DNA of 64,000 bases from a virus (Duplodnaviria > Caudoviricetes): IMG/VR virus record IMGVR_UViG_3300028364_000013. One strand, 5' to 3'. Within the stretch, counting starts at the first letter, position 1, and every line of letters starts with the position of its first letter. The translations under genes were made by a program, and so were the position numbers. This document shows positions 9,702 to 20,040 of the stretch, piece after piece. The notes under the pieces were generated by a model. It worked only from the letters and a program-made list of their open reading frames with translations, was not told the DNA's origin and made no database searches.

Positions 9702-11189
9702 TTAATAAAATTCTTTTGATTCTATCATTTCAATTTTATATCCAAGAGTATCTTCTATTTTTTTTGATATAAACTTACTTCCTTCATTAAATTCAGGTGC
9801 TACTATACAACCTTCTTTTTCATCTAAAGCTATTAAATAAGTTAATAGCTGACTCACATCGTGTGGTGTACATCTTTGGTTTTTTAATTCCCAAGGACTC
9901 CCATCAACAAGGAAATCGACTTTTACACCTAATTTTTCTATAACAAACTCCTTTTCGATTTTCTTATTTCTATACAAAGATGTTGGAGAAGTCAATCTCT
10001 TTTCAACTACGTCTTGCAAAGTTTTTTCATTAACAAGATTTGATATATTTTTTTTCAAATAATCATTTCTCATTAAATTACTTTTGTATGGGTTTTTATA
10101 CTTATCTTCTTTTGAACTAATTACATCCCTACTACCATCTCCATTAGTTAAAAATAATATTATTTGTTTAATAATTTCACTAAAATCATCATTCTTTATA
10201 ATATCATTTTTTGTAGAAGTAGTTTTAAACCCTTCAAGCAAAACTAATTCACCCCTAATTTGATTATACCATGATTCACGGGTTCCATATAACCCAATTT
10301 CATCCAATTGATGGAATTTAATAATCCTATCATTCATTATTAAATCCAGGCCCGCTGACCTACTTGAAAATGCATAAACTTCATTAACAGTGTTTCCTCC
10401 TGACTTTATTTCATAATCTGATTTAATTAAACCTATCCTTTGGAATTCATCCTCTGTTTTTGGAGAATATCCAAAAACAAGTTCTACAATAGATTTATTA
10501 ACTCGAAATTTATGACGAACCAAAGGTTCGTTTATACCACCTCTCCATGGATTACAATAAAAAGGTCTAACTGATTCTGTATTTATTGAATTTATTATTT
10601 CTCCATCTAATATTGTATTTATTTTAATATTTAAACAATTCTTGTCAATCCATCTCCTATATCTTGACCCAAGTTGTTTAGATAATCTCTTCGTTTTTGC
10701 AAGGTGATTCCTTTTTGATATGTCTACAAAGTTATTATTTTCAACATTAATACAAATTTCAGTTCCACTATTAAATGTTTTATTTTCTAAATTATATACT
10801 GATAAATTAAAGCTGAAATCACAAATTCTAAATCCATTTTCACTTAAATGTTTGCTATCAAAATATTCCAACTCACCAAGGGTTGATATAGATTGTTTGA
10901 ATCCTAATCCATGTTCATTTAAACTGGATTTGGTTTGCTTTCCAGCTGGATTAAAACAAATTGGAATACTACTATATTTTATACCAGAAGCATCATCTTT
11001 AATGATAAGTTTATCACATTTTTCTGTATTATTATTAATAAAAAATAAAATTTCAACATTTACCCTATCATTTAATCTTGCTGCAATTGAATTATCTATA
11101 AGCTCTGAAAGGGCTTCATCAAATGAATATGTATTATTTCCAAGTTCTTGAAATATATTATCTGATGGAATTATTTGTATAGTTTCCAT
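9702..11189 (-). CDS. GHKL (MORC/HATPase_c_3-like) ATPase fused to a C-terminal PD-(D/E)xK nuclease-like domain
   Basis: EALSELIDNS, DDASGI, LNEHGLGFK, GTEI; C-terminal KVDFLVDG..WELK..DVSQLLTY. Confidence 0.75.
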   Translation of the reverse strand: METIQIIPSDNIFQELGNNTYSFDEALSELIDNSIAARLNDRVNVEILFFINNNTEKCDKLIIKDDASGIKYSSIPICFNPAGKQTKSSLNEHGLGFKQSISTLGELEYFDSKHLSENGFRICDFSFNLSVYNLENKTFNSGTEICINVENNNFVDISKRNHLAKTKRLSKQLGSRYRRWIDKNCLNIKINTILDGEIINSINTESVRPFYCNPWRGGINEPLVRHKFRVNKSIVELVFGYSPKTEDEFQRIGLIKSDYEIKSGGNTVNEVYAFSSRSAGLDLIMNDRIIKFHQLDEIGLYGTRESWYNQIRGELVLLEGFKTTSTKNDIIKNDDFSEIIKQIILFLTNGDGSRDVISSKEDKYKNPYKSNLMRNDYLKKNISNLVNEKTLQDVVEKRLTSPTSLYRNKKIEKEFVIEKLGVKVDFLVDGSPWELKNQRCTPHDVSQLLTYLIALDEKEGCIVAPEFNEGSKFISKKIEDTLGYKIEMIESKEFY

Positions 11190-11197
11190 ATAATAAT

Positions 11198-11815
11198 TTA
11201 AGATTTTAACATTATTTTTCTATCCTTCAATTCGAAGAAAGACCTTGCACAAGCTTTAACATCCGCAAGAGCATCGTGAGCTCCATCAAACCCTTCATCA
11301 AACAATTTGTTGTGAAGTTCATCAAGAGAAGGCCATTTATATGTCCCGTATCTAAAAGGTTTCATTTTGCAATAATTTGTTGACTCTTGCATTGTACACA
11401 TTTTTCTTGGCTCTTCCTTAAACTTAAGGTTTGTTCTAACCATCTCACATCCAATAATCATTTCATCAAATTTCATGTTGTGAGCAATCAGATAATCGCT
11501 ATTATCAACTTCTTTTACAAAATCCTTAATAAGCTTTTTTAACTCAACCCCTTCTTTCTCACATCTCTCAGTTGACATATTATTTTCAACAAAGAAATTA
11601 GGATTCTTGTTACCTTCTTTTGTAAGCTCTTCTACAGTAGGAATGGTCCAACCGTCTGGTTTAATTAGCTCGCATCGTTCGCTAATCATTTTACCTTTCT
11701 TATCGTATACCTGCCAAGCAAGTTGCGTTATTCTTGGCCAATTGTCTGTGTCTGTAACTGGAGCCTTCCAGTTTTTCGGGAGACCTGTTGTCTCTGTGTC
11801 AAAAAAAATGTACAT
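11198..11815 (-). CDS. DEDDh 3'-5' exonuclease (DnaQ-like)
   Basis: FFDTETTG, IAHNMKFD, HDALAD. Confidence 0.88.
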   Translation of the reverse strand: MYIFFDTETTGLPKNWKAPVTDTDNWPRITQLAWQVYDKKGKMISERCELIKPDGWTIPTVEELTKEGNKNPNFFVENNMSTERCEKEGVELKKLIKDFVKEVDNSDYLIAHNMKFDEMIIGCEMVRTNLKFKEEPRKMCTMQESTNYCKMKPFRYGTYKWPSLDELHNKLFDEGFDGAHDALADVKACARSFFELKDRKIMLKS

Positions 11816-11817
11816 AA

Positions 11818-12450
11818 TTATTGTTTTAGTTGTTCTCTTATTTTTATCGCTTCTTCGTAGTCTTCATTCACAAGCGCTTTCTCAAGCAGCTCATTAAGAT
11901 TTATCACTTCACTAACCACTGTTGGTTGTGAAAAACCTTTTCTTATTTCCAGATAATTTACGACCTCTTCAATCATTTCATTATCAAATCCAGTTAAGTC
12001 ATGCTGAACTAAATAGTCTGCATTCTTTTTTACCCATGAATTGAATTGTTCAGTTGACTCTGATTTTTCATCAGAATCTTTATCTTTAGATTTCTGCCAC
12101 CATTCTTTTTCAGATATATTATATCTATTTGGCTTGCTTTCTTTTTGATATATTTCTGAATAATAACCTGTTTTAGAATAAACACTTTCTAAGAAAGAAT
12201 GAATAAACTTAAAACCTCCATTTCCACCATACTTATCTACAACCTTGAATTCTGGGAAAAATGTTGCATTATAATTATCAAGCAAGAATTTCATTTCGTA
12301 TTCTTGCTCGTCTACGGTCATGACTATTTCTATTAAATCTTTTTTGTTATAATGACTCTTTTTGATACCAAGTATTCTGAATGAGACCTTTTTTCTATTT
12401 TCAGCCTCTTTAAACTTTCTTCTTTGTCCATGTTTTTGTATATTTGTCAT
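11818..12450 (-). CDS. hypothetical protein with C-terminal UVR (UvrB/C) motif
   Basis: LEKALVNEDYEEAIKIREQLK. Confidence 0.6.
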   Translation of the reverse strand: MTNIQKHGQRRKFKEAENRKKVSFRILGIKKSHYNKKDLIEIVMTVDEQEYEMKFLLDNYNATFFPEFKVVDKYGGNGGFKFIHSFLESVYSKTGYYSEIYQKESKPNRYNISEKEWWQKSKDKDSDEKSESTEQFNSWVKKNADYLVQHDLTGFDNEMIEEVVNYLEIRKGFSQPTVVSEVINLNELLEKALVNEDYEEAIKIREQLKQ

Positions 12451-12461
12451 ATCTCTTAATG

Positions 12462-12492
12462 CAAATGTAAAAAAAATTTATGGATTAGACAA
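12462..12492 (-). promoter_or_regulatory. Bacteroidota-type promoter (TTG-N20-TACATTTG)
   Basis: matches -33/-7 consensus TTTG / TAnnTTTG. Confidence 0.55.
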
Positions 12493-12516
12493 CATTTTAT
12501 TTTAAATTACGTATAA
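12491..12516 (+). promoter_or_regulatory. AACAT-N14-CGTATAA motif (plus strand) upstream of the clpB fragment
   Basis: exact match in plus orientation. Confidence 0.7.
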
Positions 12517-12535
12517 AAACTGCTAACACATATAT

Positions 12536-13114
12536 ATGAATCAGAATAACAACACACAACAAAGCGCTACACCAAACTTGGATAAATATGCCAGGAACTT
12601 AGTGAGAATGGCAAAAAATGGAAAACTTGACCCTATTATAGGTCGTGATGATGAGATTAGACGGATACTTCAAATACTTTCTCGAAGAACAAAGAACAAC
12701 CCTATTATTACAGGTGAATCTGGAGTAGGTAAGACAGCGGTTGTTGAAGGTATTGCTCATAGAATTGTCAGAGGCGACATTCCAGAGAACTTAAAGGACA
12801 TCATTATATATTAACTTGACCTTGGAGCTGTAATGGCTGGAGCAATGCACAAAGGAGAGTTTGAGCAAAGACTTAAAGGTGTAATCACAGAAGTTTCAAA
12901 TTCAAATGGAAGGTTCGTACTTTTCATTGATGAAATCCACACAATGGTTTCAGCTGGAGCTGGAGGCGGTGCTGTTGGAGCAGCTGACCTTGTTAAGCCA
13001 GCCCTTGCAAGAGGAGAGATGAGAACGATTGGAGCAACAACTCTTAATGAGTATCAGAAGTATATTGAGAACGATAAAGCTCTTGAGAGACGTTTTCCAA
13101 GAGTAATTTACTGA
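12536..13114 (+). pseudogene. clpB: truncated ClpB/ClpC-family AAA+ NBD1 fragment with an internal TAA
   Basis: [55 protein letters not shown]; in-frame TAA at 12812-12814; homology ends at TGA 13112-13114. Confidence 0.8.
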
Positions 13115-13251
13115 GACACACAGAAGAACATAATTACTCTCCTGACATCAACAAGAAATCCATCACTATCTGGAAGGTTTAGGTTAAACATATCCTCTGG
13201 TACTGGGAATCTGTTTCTTTGTCCTGTATCGAAAAAATTACTGGTCTCCAT
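13108..13251 (-). CDS. 47-aa ORF, probable truncated gene abutting the clpB fragment
   Basis: [22 protein letters not shown]...; TAATG coupling to the upstream gene. Confidence 0.45.
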   Translation of the reverse strand: METSNFFDTGQRNRFPVPEDMFNLNLPDSDGFLVDVRRVIMFFCVSQ

Positions 13252-13778
13252 TATTTCAATTTATAACCTTCGTACACCAAGAAAGAGTATTCAGTGTCGT
13301 CAACAAAAAGACCTTCGAATTCGTTTAGAAAATCCATATTTTCTTCACTTGCTTCAAAATTGTTTCCTTTTAAAAACTCTTCTGCTTCTTCTTCGTCACA
13401 ACCATAACCTGACACAAGACACAATAAATCATACTCTAAATCACTTATGTTTCCACTACTATGATTTCCACCATAGTCTTCAGTGCTTAATTGTAAACCC
13501 CAACTACCTTTGCAGACTTTTAATTTATCTAACGCAGCAGTAACAAGTGGTAAAAATGGATTCTTGGCTTTGATTGTTTCTACGTGTTTGGTGTTACCAT
13601 CAGCATCGCCAATCATGTAATAAACAGTAAATCTATAACTCCTCTTTACTACTTTTTTCTTTGGCACTTTAATAAGACCTAACGCTTTTTTATCGTCTTC
13701 CGTTAGCTTGGCCATCGCAGAATCAATAGCTGCTTGTTTTTCTTTTGTTGTCATAACTTTTTCTTTTTTATTCCCCAT
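13251..13778 (-). CDS. hypothetical protein
   Basis: 175 aa ORF; TAACTTCG -7-like box at 13793-13800. Confidence 0.65.
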   Translation of the reverse strand: MGNKKEKVMTTKEKQAAIDSAMAKLTEDDKKALGLIKVPKKKVVKRSYRFTVYYMIGDADGNTKHVETIKAKNPFLPLVTAALDKLKVCKGSWGLQLSTEDYGGNHSSGNISDLEYDLLCLVSGYGCDEEEAEEFLKGNNFEASEENMDFLNEFEGLFVDDTEYSFLVYEGYKLK

Positions 13779-13832
13779 TTATTATCATAAGGCGAAGTTA
13801 CAAAATTTTCTTCTATTTATAATAAAAAATAC

Positions 13833-14762
13833 ATGAAAAAATTAACAAAAAAAGAATTTATATCCAGAAGCAATGAAATACACAACAAATTTTATGACTA
13901 CCCTCTTATTGAATATAAAAACCAAAATACAAAAGTGATAATTATTTGCCCAGAACATGGAGAATTTGAACAGCGTCCAGACCATCACTTAGCAGGAAGG
14001 GGTTGTAAATTTTGCGCACAAAGCAATAAAAAAAATGATGATACCAGAAAACAACATGCTTCTAATTTTATAAAAAGAGCCACCAAAAAGTGGAATGGTA
14101 AATATGACTATTCCAAAATTGATTATACAACAGCAAGAAATAAAATAATAATTATTTGTCCAGAACATGGAGAACTCCTTCAATCTCCAGACACACACCT
14201 TAAACATGAATGCTTAAAGTGTTCTATAAAAAATCACCCAAACCATCAGAAAAGAACTACTGAAGAATTTATTATCAAAGCCAAAAATATTCATGGAGAT
14301 AGATATGATTATTCCAAAGTAGACTATAAAGGAAATAGAGATAAAGTAGAAATAATTTGCAAAGAGCATGGTTCATGGTGGCAGACTCCTTATAACCATT
14401 TACAAAATAGAGGCTGTAGATGTTGCACCAATAGGTCTAAAGGTGAAATAAAAGTAGAATCACTCCTGAAAGAAAGTGGTATAAATTTTATTAGAGAGAA
14501 AACTTTTGATGATTGTAGAAATCCAAAATCTGGAGCCAAGTTAAAATTCGACTTCTACATTCCAGAAAAAAACTTATGCATTGAATATGATGGTCGCCAA
14601 CATTTTGTCCCAGTTGAAATATGGGGTGGAGAATTAGCTTTAAAAGAAACTAAAAAACGTGATAAAATAAAAAATGGATATTGTCGCAAAAACAATATCC
14701 ATCTCATAAGAATATTCTACAAAGATAATATATCAAAGAAATTATTTTCCCTGTTCTCTTAG
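13833..14762 (+). mobile_element. putative homing endonuclease: DUF723-like Cys/His repeats plus Vsr/DUF559-like nuclease domain
   Basis: three YDYS...IICxEHG...Q.P..HL..C repeats; KFDFYIPEKNLCIEYDGRQH. Confidence 0.78.
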
Positions 14763-15236
14763 GTCGTTTCTTACTTTAGTAAGAACTTCTCCTAACCAAT
14801 TATCCCCTTGCCAATTAGCTTTGTCTTGAATCAATGGATTATCCGCTGACATACCTACACCCCACCGTTTATCATATGGACTCGCTTCGCAAAGCTCTTT
14901 ATCTCCAGTTGCCATAAGCTCTTCTTTCATCTCAGGGTTCTGAGAGAACTTTGCTACGTTAGCATCATAAACTACTTCTTTACACACAGCTACCCACTTG
15001 GTATCATCATAAGGAGTTACCTCTCTACCTAATTTCTTTTGCACTCTTGGATGGTCAGCTTTCATAATCTTTTCAGCAGTAACCTGGTCACCAAAAAGCA
15101 TAGCTTTCTTGTACATCATGTATTGTTCACAGTGCGTGAAGGTTATTCCATCAATAACGAACTTTGACTTAGCCCAATTTGACATTGTACCGCCCCAAAA
15201 GAAAGCGAACTCTTCTTTGTTTGTTTTTGTTTCCAT
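14742..15236 (-). CDS. NADAR family protein (YbiA-like)
   Basis: EQYMMYKKAMLFGD, KKLGREV, KFSQN, EASPYDKRWGVG, NWLGEVL. Confidence 0.9.
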   Translation of the reverse strand: METKTNKEEFAFFWGGTMSNWAKSKFVIDGITFTHCEQYMMYKKAMLFGDQVTAEKIMKADHPRVQKKLGREVTPYDDTKWVAVCKEVVYDANVAKFSQNPEMKEELMATGDKELCEASPYDKRWGVGMSADNPLIQDKANWQGDNWLGEVLTKVRNDLREQGK

Positions 15237-15322
15237 AATAAATATTTTATTTACAAATATAGATTTTTTAATTAAATTAAAAAAACTTTCATCTATTTAT
15301 TAGTATAACAAATGCTATACAA

Positions 15323-15469
15323 ATGAAAAATAAAGAAAAAGACGTAGTTTGGCCAATTAGAATGAAGCAAACTTTAAAAGATAAATTTAAAGCTCATTGT
15401 GACAAAAAAGGATACTCAATGAATAAAAGAATGAAGGTGTTAATTGAAAATGATATAAAAGATGCCTAA
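15323..15469 (+). CDS. 48-aa Arc/RHH-like DNA-binding protein (not in ORF track)
   Basis: MKNKEKDVVWPIRMKQTLKDKFKAHCDKKGYSMNKRMKVLIENDIKDA; overlaps ATG of 15462 ORF. Confidence 0.65.
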   Translation: MKNKEKDVVWPIRMKQTLKDKFKAHCDKKGYSMNKRMKVLIENDIKDA

Positions 15470-15920
15470 AAAATTAACAACTAAATCTTTTATAAAAAAG
15501 GCTAATAAAATTCATGGAGATAAATATGACTACTCATTAGTTAATTATATTACAAACAAACTAAAGGTTATAATTATTTGTCCAGAGCATGGAGAATTCG
15601 AACAACCTCCACATGGTCACTTAAAAGGATATGGATGCTATGAGTGTGGTAAGAAAATTAGCCGAAAAGTAACAACTTATGAATTTATTGAGAGGTCTAA
15701 AGAGATTCATAACAATAAATTTGATTATTCTTTAACTGAGCTCAATGGTGTTATGAATAAAGTTAAAATAATTTGTCCAAAACATGGAGTTTTTAATCAA
15801 GCTGCTTATGGACACCTCTCTGGTAGAGGTTGTAATACTTGTAAAAGTTCAAACGGAGAAGAAACAAAAAAATATGGATTAAAAAGAAAGATAGATAAAT
15901 TTTATAAAATTATTGAATGA
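15462..15920 (+). pseudogene. DUF723-like repeat endonuclease lacking its nuclease domain
   Basis: two IICPxHG repeats; homology stops at GCNTCKSSNGEE. Confidence 0.6.
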
Positions 15921-16611
15921 TTTTCAAATTCTTATTTTCATCAACCTCAAAAACAAATGGCTTATTTGTCATTTTATATCTATGATTTAAAACTGATACA
16001 TTAAAATAATGAATTTCATCTACAAGCTCATGTCCATATGCCTCGTGAATATGACCTGAAACAAAGCATATTGGCTTAATTTCTCTAACTTTTTCAAGTA
16101 GGTCGCTACAACCAGGAGTTGACCCATCCATGCACCTATCTAAAACACCTTGAACTGGGCCATGCGATATTATAATATCTGTCTCAGGCTCAATAAGTTC
16201 CCAATGTTTTTTAATATCTTCTCCACGCTCAGCATTGAATGCCCAATTATAAAAGAGGGGGGTCCAAGGGCTACCAAAAATCTTCAACCCTTCAATAATT
16301 ACTGTTTCGTCTTCAATATAAATTAACTCTTTTTCTTTGCTCAATGTCTTTGCATCTACTAATCCAGCCTCAATAGAAGTGCAGTGATTTCCTGCAATCC
16401 AAATTTTGTGCTTTATATTTGGAACTGATGCGTACCAATCAATAAAATTCAAAACACTCCGAATATTTTGGTGTGGGTTTTTATATGTACCTGCATCTCC
16501 AGCAAATATTGCTATGTCTATACCATCACTTGGTAATGTTAATTCCTGCTCTTTTCCGTGAGTGTCAGAAAATAACACAATCTTAATTGTTTTTTTTATC
16601 CCATTTTCCAT
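15910..16611 (-). CDS. calcineurin-like metallophosphoesterase (MPPED/239FB-like)
   Basis: FSDTHG, AGD, AGNH, ISHGP, SGHIHE. Confidence 0.85.
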   Translation of the reverse strand: MENGIKKTIKIVLFSDTHGKEQELTLPSDGIDIAIFAGDAGTYKNPHQNIRSVLNFIDWYASVPNIKHKIWIAGNHCTSIEAGLVDAKTLSKEKELIYIEDETVIIEGLKIFGSPWTPLFYNWAFNAERGEDIKKHWELIEPETDIIISHGPVQGVLDRCMDGSTPGCSDLLEKVREIKPICFVSGHIHEAYGHELVDEIHYFNVSVLNHRYKMTNKPFVFEVDENKNLKIIQ

Positions 16612-16682
16612 TAAACAAATTTACGATTTTTATTTGATAATTAAAAATTTTTATACTATTTATGAATATAAAAATAATCAAA

Positions 16683-17750
16683 ATGAGTAAACGTAAGAAA
16701 AACCTTCATAATATTTATATTTATACACTCAAAGAAAAAGGTGTAGATAAAATAAGGTATATAGGAAAAACTAATAATATAAAAAGAAGACTTCGTGAAC
16801 ACCTAATTGAATCTGTTAAATTAAATAAATCTCACAAACATAAGTGGATTAATTCTGTCTTAAAAAATAGTGGAGAAATAGAAATTAATGTTATTGAGAT
16901 TGTTAATTATAAAAATTGGGAAGAAAGAGAAGTCTATTGGATAAACAAAATTGGTATTTCTAATCTGACAAATTATATTATTGGAGGAAGTGGTGGCAGA
17001 CCTGTTATTGACTATATATCATATGATGATGCTAAAAAGTGGATTTTAGACAACAAAAAAGATGTTGATAAAAAATATAAATGGGATTATTTTTGTAAAG
17101 AAAATGAATTCCCTTATTTTTTACCAAAATGTCCAGAAAAAGTATATAAACAAGAATGGAAGGGGTATGGAGATTTTCTTGGAACTGGAAACAAATCAAA
17201 TAAAGCTATTTCTGAAAATTTTTTAGATTTCAAATCTTCTAAAAAAATAGTATCTAAATTTAATATCAACAATCAAAAAGAATGGATTGTTTTTTGTGCA
17301 TCTGGTAAAAAACCAAAAAACATACCTTCTAATCCTCAGAAAATATATAAAAAAGAATGGAGTGGCTATAAAAACTGGCTCTCAAGTGATAAGTTTTCAA
17401 ATAGAAATAAAATAACTTATGAAGAAGCTAAAAAAATTGCTCATTCTTTAAGATTAAATACATACAAAGAATGGGTGGAATATTTTAAAAACAATAAATT
17501 AGAAAAAATACCTTTTAATCCGCAAAGAACATATAAAGAAAATTGGGAAGGTTGGAAGGTTTGGCTTGGCTCAAAAAGTAGATATATGGATTATGAAAAA
17601 GCAAAAAATATATCACAAAAAATTAATTTAAAAAATAGAGAAGAATGGTTTAAGTATTTTGATGATAATAAATTAATAGACATCCCAAAACATCCACAGT
17701 CAGTTTATTTTGATAAATGGATTAGTTGGAAGGATTGGCTTGGAAAATGA
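16683..17750 (+). mobile_element. GIY-YIG endonuclease with C-terminal integrase-repeat-like units
   Basis: IYIYTL...RYIGKT...RRLREH; repeated YxxAK..EW..IPxNPxxxYKxxWxGWxxWLG; start moved to MSKRKK because TATTTAT overlaps the 16662 ATG. Confidence 0.78.
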
Positions 17751-17756
17751 TTAATT

Positions 17757-18227
17757 TTATGCTAAAAGATAATGCCCAGCTCCTGGTTTTATTTTCTCCA
17801 ATTGTCTATAGGCACTTGATGAAATGTGAATATACATTGGGTCACATGGAATCATTATTATATTCATTTCAGGAAACTGGTCCCAACAGAAATGACTGCT
17901 ATTATATTCATAATCGAAATCATGCCCATTTCTAAGGCCACGAATAACAACAACTCTTTTGCCAGTTTCTTCCATTTTTTCCCTGACATATTCTGTCAAG
18001 AAACCTTCATAACCCTCCACCGTTGCAGATGGCAATTGATTCCTTACAGTTTCAACTCTGCTATATTTATTAACATCTAAATAATTAGGTGTTTTATCTG
18101 GATTGACTCCAATAGCAATAATTACATTGCCTTCTCCAAAAATTCTCTCAGCTTTTTCTAAGATATTTTGATGCCCCACCGTAAATGGATTAAAGCTTCC
18201 TGGATATATTGCTATTGTGCCCTCCAT
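17757..18227 (-). CDS. coaD: phosphopantetheine adenylyltransferase
   Basis: IYPGSFNPFTVGH, IRGLRNGHDFDYE, HISSS; start trimmed to MEGTIAIY. Confidence 0.82.
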   Translation of the reverse strand: MEGTIAIYPGSFNPFTVGHQNILEKAERIFGEGNVIIAIGVNPDKTPNYLDVNKYSRVETVRNQLPSATVEGYEGFLTEYVREKMEETGKRVVVIRGLRNGHDFDYEYNSSHFCWDQFPEMNIIMIPCDPMYIHISSSAYRQLEKIKPGAGHYLLA

Positions 18228-18228
18228 C

Positions 18229-18978
18229 TTATTTCTTGTTCTTATTCTTTCCATAAAGAATTCCATCACAACAACCATAAGTTTTAGCTTCTTTGGCAGT
18301 CATCCAATGGTCACGGTCACAATCAGCATAAACTTTGTCATACTTTTGACCTGTGTGGTGAGCAATGATTTCATAAAGCTCAACTTTAAGCTTTTGAATT
18401 TCTCTTGCAGTGATTTCAATGTCAGAAGCTTGTCCTGATGCTCCACCAAGCGGTTGGTGCTGCATGAATCTTGCGTGAGGAAGTGAATATCTCTTTCCAG
18501 GTTCTCCAGCACACGCAAGAACGTAAGCCATTGAAGCTGCGATTCCAGTATTAACTGTTACGATGTCTGGTTCAACAAAATTCATTACATCATAAATCCC
18601 AAGACCAGCATACACGCTTCCTCCTGGAGAGTTTACATAAATTGTAATATCTTTTCTTGCATCAACTGATTCTAAGAACAATAGTTGAGCATTGATAATG
18701 TTAGCTACCATGTCATCAATTCCTGTTCCTAAGAAGATGATTCTGTCCATCATTAACCTTGAGAATACATCCATTGCTACAGCGTTCATTTGACGTTCCT
18801 CAATAATGTTAGGAGTCATGCTGGTAGGCATAATAATCCCACCTGGGAGGTTTGTAGCTTTAGAAGTAATTTCCAAAGGGTTCTTGTTAATGATTGTTGT
18901 GTACTTGTCAAAAGTAGTGCTTGATACACCATGGTCTCTTGCAAATAACTTAAAGTCTTTTAAATCTTTTTCGTTCAT
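18229..18978 (-). CDS. clpP: ATP-dependent Clp protease proteolytic subunit
   Basis: DVFSRLMMDRIIFL, YVNSPGGSV, GIAASM, FMQHQPLGG, DRDHWM. Confidence 0.95.
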   Translation of the reverse strand: MNEKDLKDFKLFARDHGVSSTTFDKYTTIINKNPLEITSKATNLPGGIIMPTSMTPNIIEERQMNAVAMDVFSRLMMDRIIFLGTGIDDMVANIINAQLLFLESVDARKDITIYVNSPGGSVYAGLGIYDVMNFVEPDIVTVNTGIAASMAYVLACAGEPGKRYSLPHARFMQHQPLGGASGQASDIEITAREIQKLKVELYEIIAHHTGQKYDKVYADCDRDHWMTAKEAKTYGCCDGILYGKNKNKK

Positions 18979-19005
18979 TTTGTCTATTTATTAATTATCT
19001 CTATG

Positions 19006-19037
19006 CAAATGTATCATTATTCAATGACACTTACAAA
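19006..19037 (-). promoter_or_regulatory. Bacteroidota-type promoter (TTTG-N20-TACATTTG) upstream of clpP
   Basis: both boxes match consensus. Confidence 0.6.
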
Positions 19038-19052
19038 TTTATTTATTAAAAA

Positions 19053-19775
19053 TTAAATTTTAGTAAAATTAGGTTCAGTATATCCAATTGACTTCATAAC
19101 TTTATTATCTTTATCTCTTTTAATAATCCAATATTCTCCTACTTTCTCATAATAGCAATCTATTACGCTACCCATCTTATTGGGATGTGTTCCAAGAATA
19201 TATGCCTCAACAGAATCTTTAGCTTCTTGCTCTGTTTTACAAAACTTTGAGAAATTTGAGTTCATTACTTCTTCAAAGTCTTCGTTAAACTTTTCTTTAA
19301 TTCCAGCAAAGTGAATTAAGTTTCCCATAACGACTCTCATATCAGCACACGCATCTCTAAACTCATCTAAGTCGCCTTCTTCTTTTTTGTTATCACTATT
19401 TTTAAGATTTAAAAGCGCTTCCTGAAATGTTTTTACTGATGTCGTTAAAAACTCTTTGAAGTCTATATATGAAGCAGCCTCTGCCGCTTCAGTCAACTCT
19501 TCTAAAACTAAACCAAGTGCAAGCTGTAACTTATCACTATCTGGAAATTGTGGTTTTTCAGGAGATTCTACCCCAGCCAATGTAAGCCAGTCTGAAATTC
19601 TTTTTTGTTCATTCATCTTCTTTTTTTTATAAATTTCTACTAATTCTGGGTCTAATTTAAACTCATTCCCTTCTAGCTCCACTATCAACATTCCATCTTG
19701 TTTTATGCTGACAACTTTAACACCCATAGATTGGTCACCAATATCACAAACCCAGTCTCCTTTTTTAAATTTCAT
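19053..19775 (-). CDS. MazG-like/PRA-PH family nucleotide pyrophosphohydrolase
   Basis: LVLEELTE, DEFRDACADM, EVMNSNFSKFC, KVMKSIGYTEP. Confidence 0.72.
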   Translation of the reverse strand: MKFKKGDWVCDIGDQSMGVKVVSIKQDGMLIVELEGNEFKLDPELVEIYKKKKMNEQKRISDWLTLAGVESPEKPQFPDSDKLQLALGLVLEELTEAAEAASYIDFKEFLTTSVKTFQEALLNLKNSDNKKEEGDLDEFRDACADMRVVMGNLIHFAGIKEKFNEDFEEVMNSNFSKFCKTEQEAKDSVEAYILGTHPNKMGSVIDCYYEKVGEYWIIKRDKDNKVMKSIGYTEPNFTKI

Positions 19776-20040
19776 TTTTTTCTAAATTGTAATTATTATG
19801 TTTTACATGAAACTTTGCTGCTTCATATTTCTTTAATTCGAGCCATTGGTCAAATGGAATTTTCAAAGTCTTAATCTTGCCTATGTCATTTCTATAGTCA
19901 TTCTTAAACATCATTTGAGCAACTCTCATGTCAACAAGAAAATCTAACTGAATGAAATTAAATGGCTCACTTTCTTTTTCAATTTTTTCTTTCCATTTTT
20001 CAACCTCTTTGTTGACTGGATTCATTTTCATATTTATCAT
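19765..20040 (-). CDS. hypothetical protein
   Basis: 91 aa coupled ORF. Confidence 0.55.
   Translation of the reverse strand: MINMKMNPVNKEVEKWKEKIEKESEPFNFIQLDFLVDMRVAQMMFKNDYRNDIGKIKTLKIPFDQWLELKKYEAAKFHVKHNNYNLEKNEI

Noticed and set aside
6659-12814. TAA read-through or stop-codon reassignment suggested by two in-frame TAA codons (6659, 12812)
   Set aside because: TAA ends most genes here, and TAG and TGA also act as stops (e.g. 36482, 54811, 17750). The two sites imply different residues. Point mutation or sequencing error is simpler.
13115-13250. Frameshifted continuation of ClpB
   Set aside because: All three plus-strand frames were translated and none resembles the expected EEPS.EDTI.ILRG region.
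17757-18227. NMN adenylyltransferase (NARP-type) instead of CoaD
   Set aside because: IRGLR...DFDYE and HISSS match CoaD specifically.
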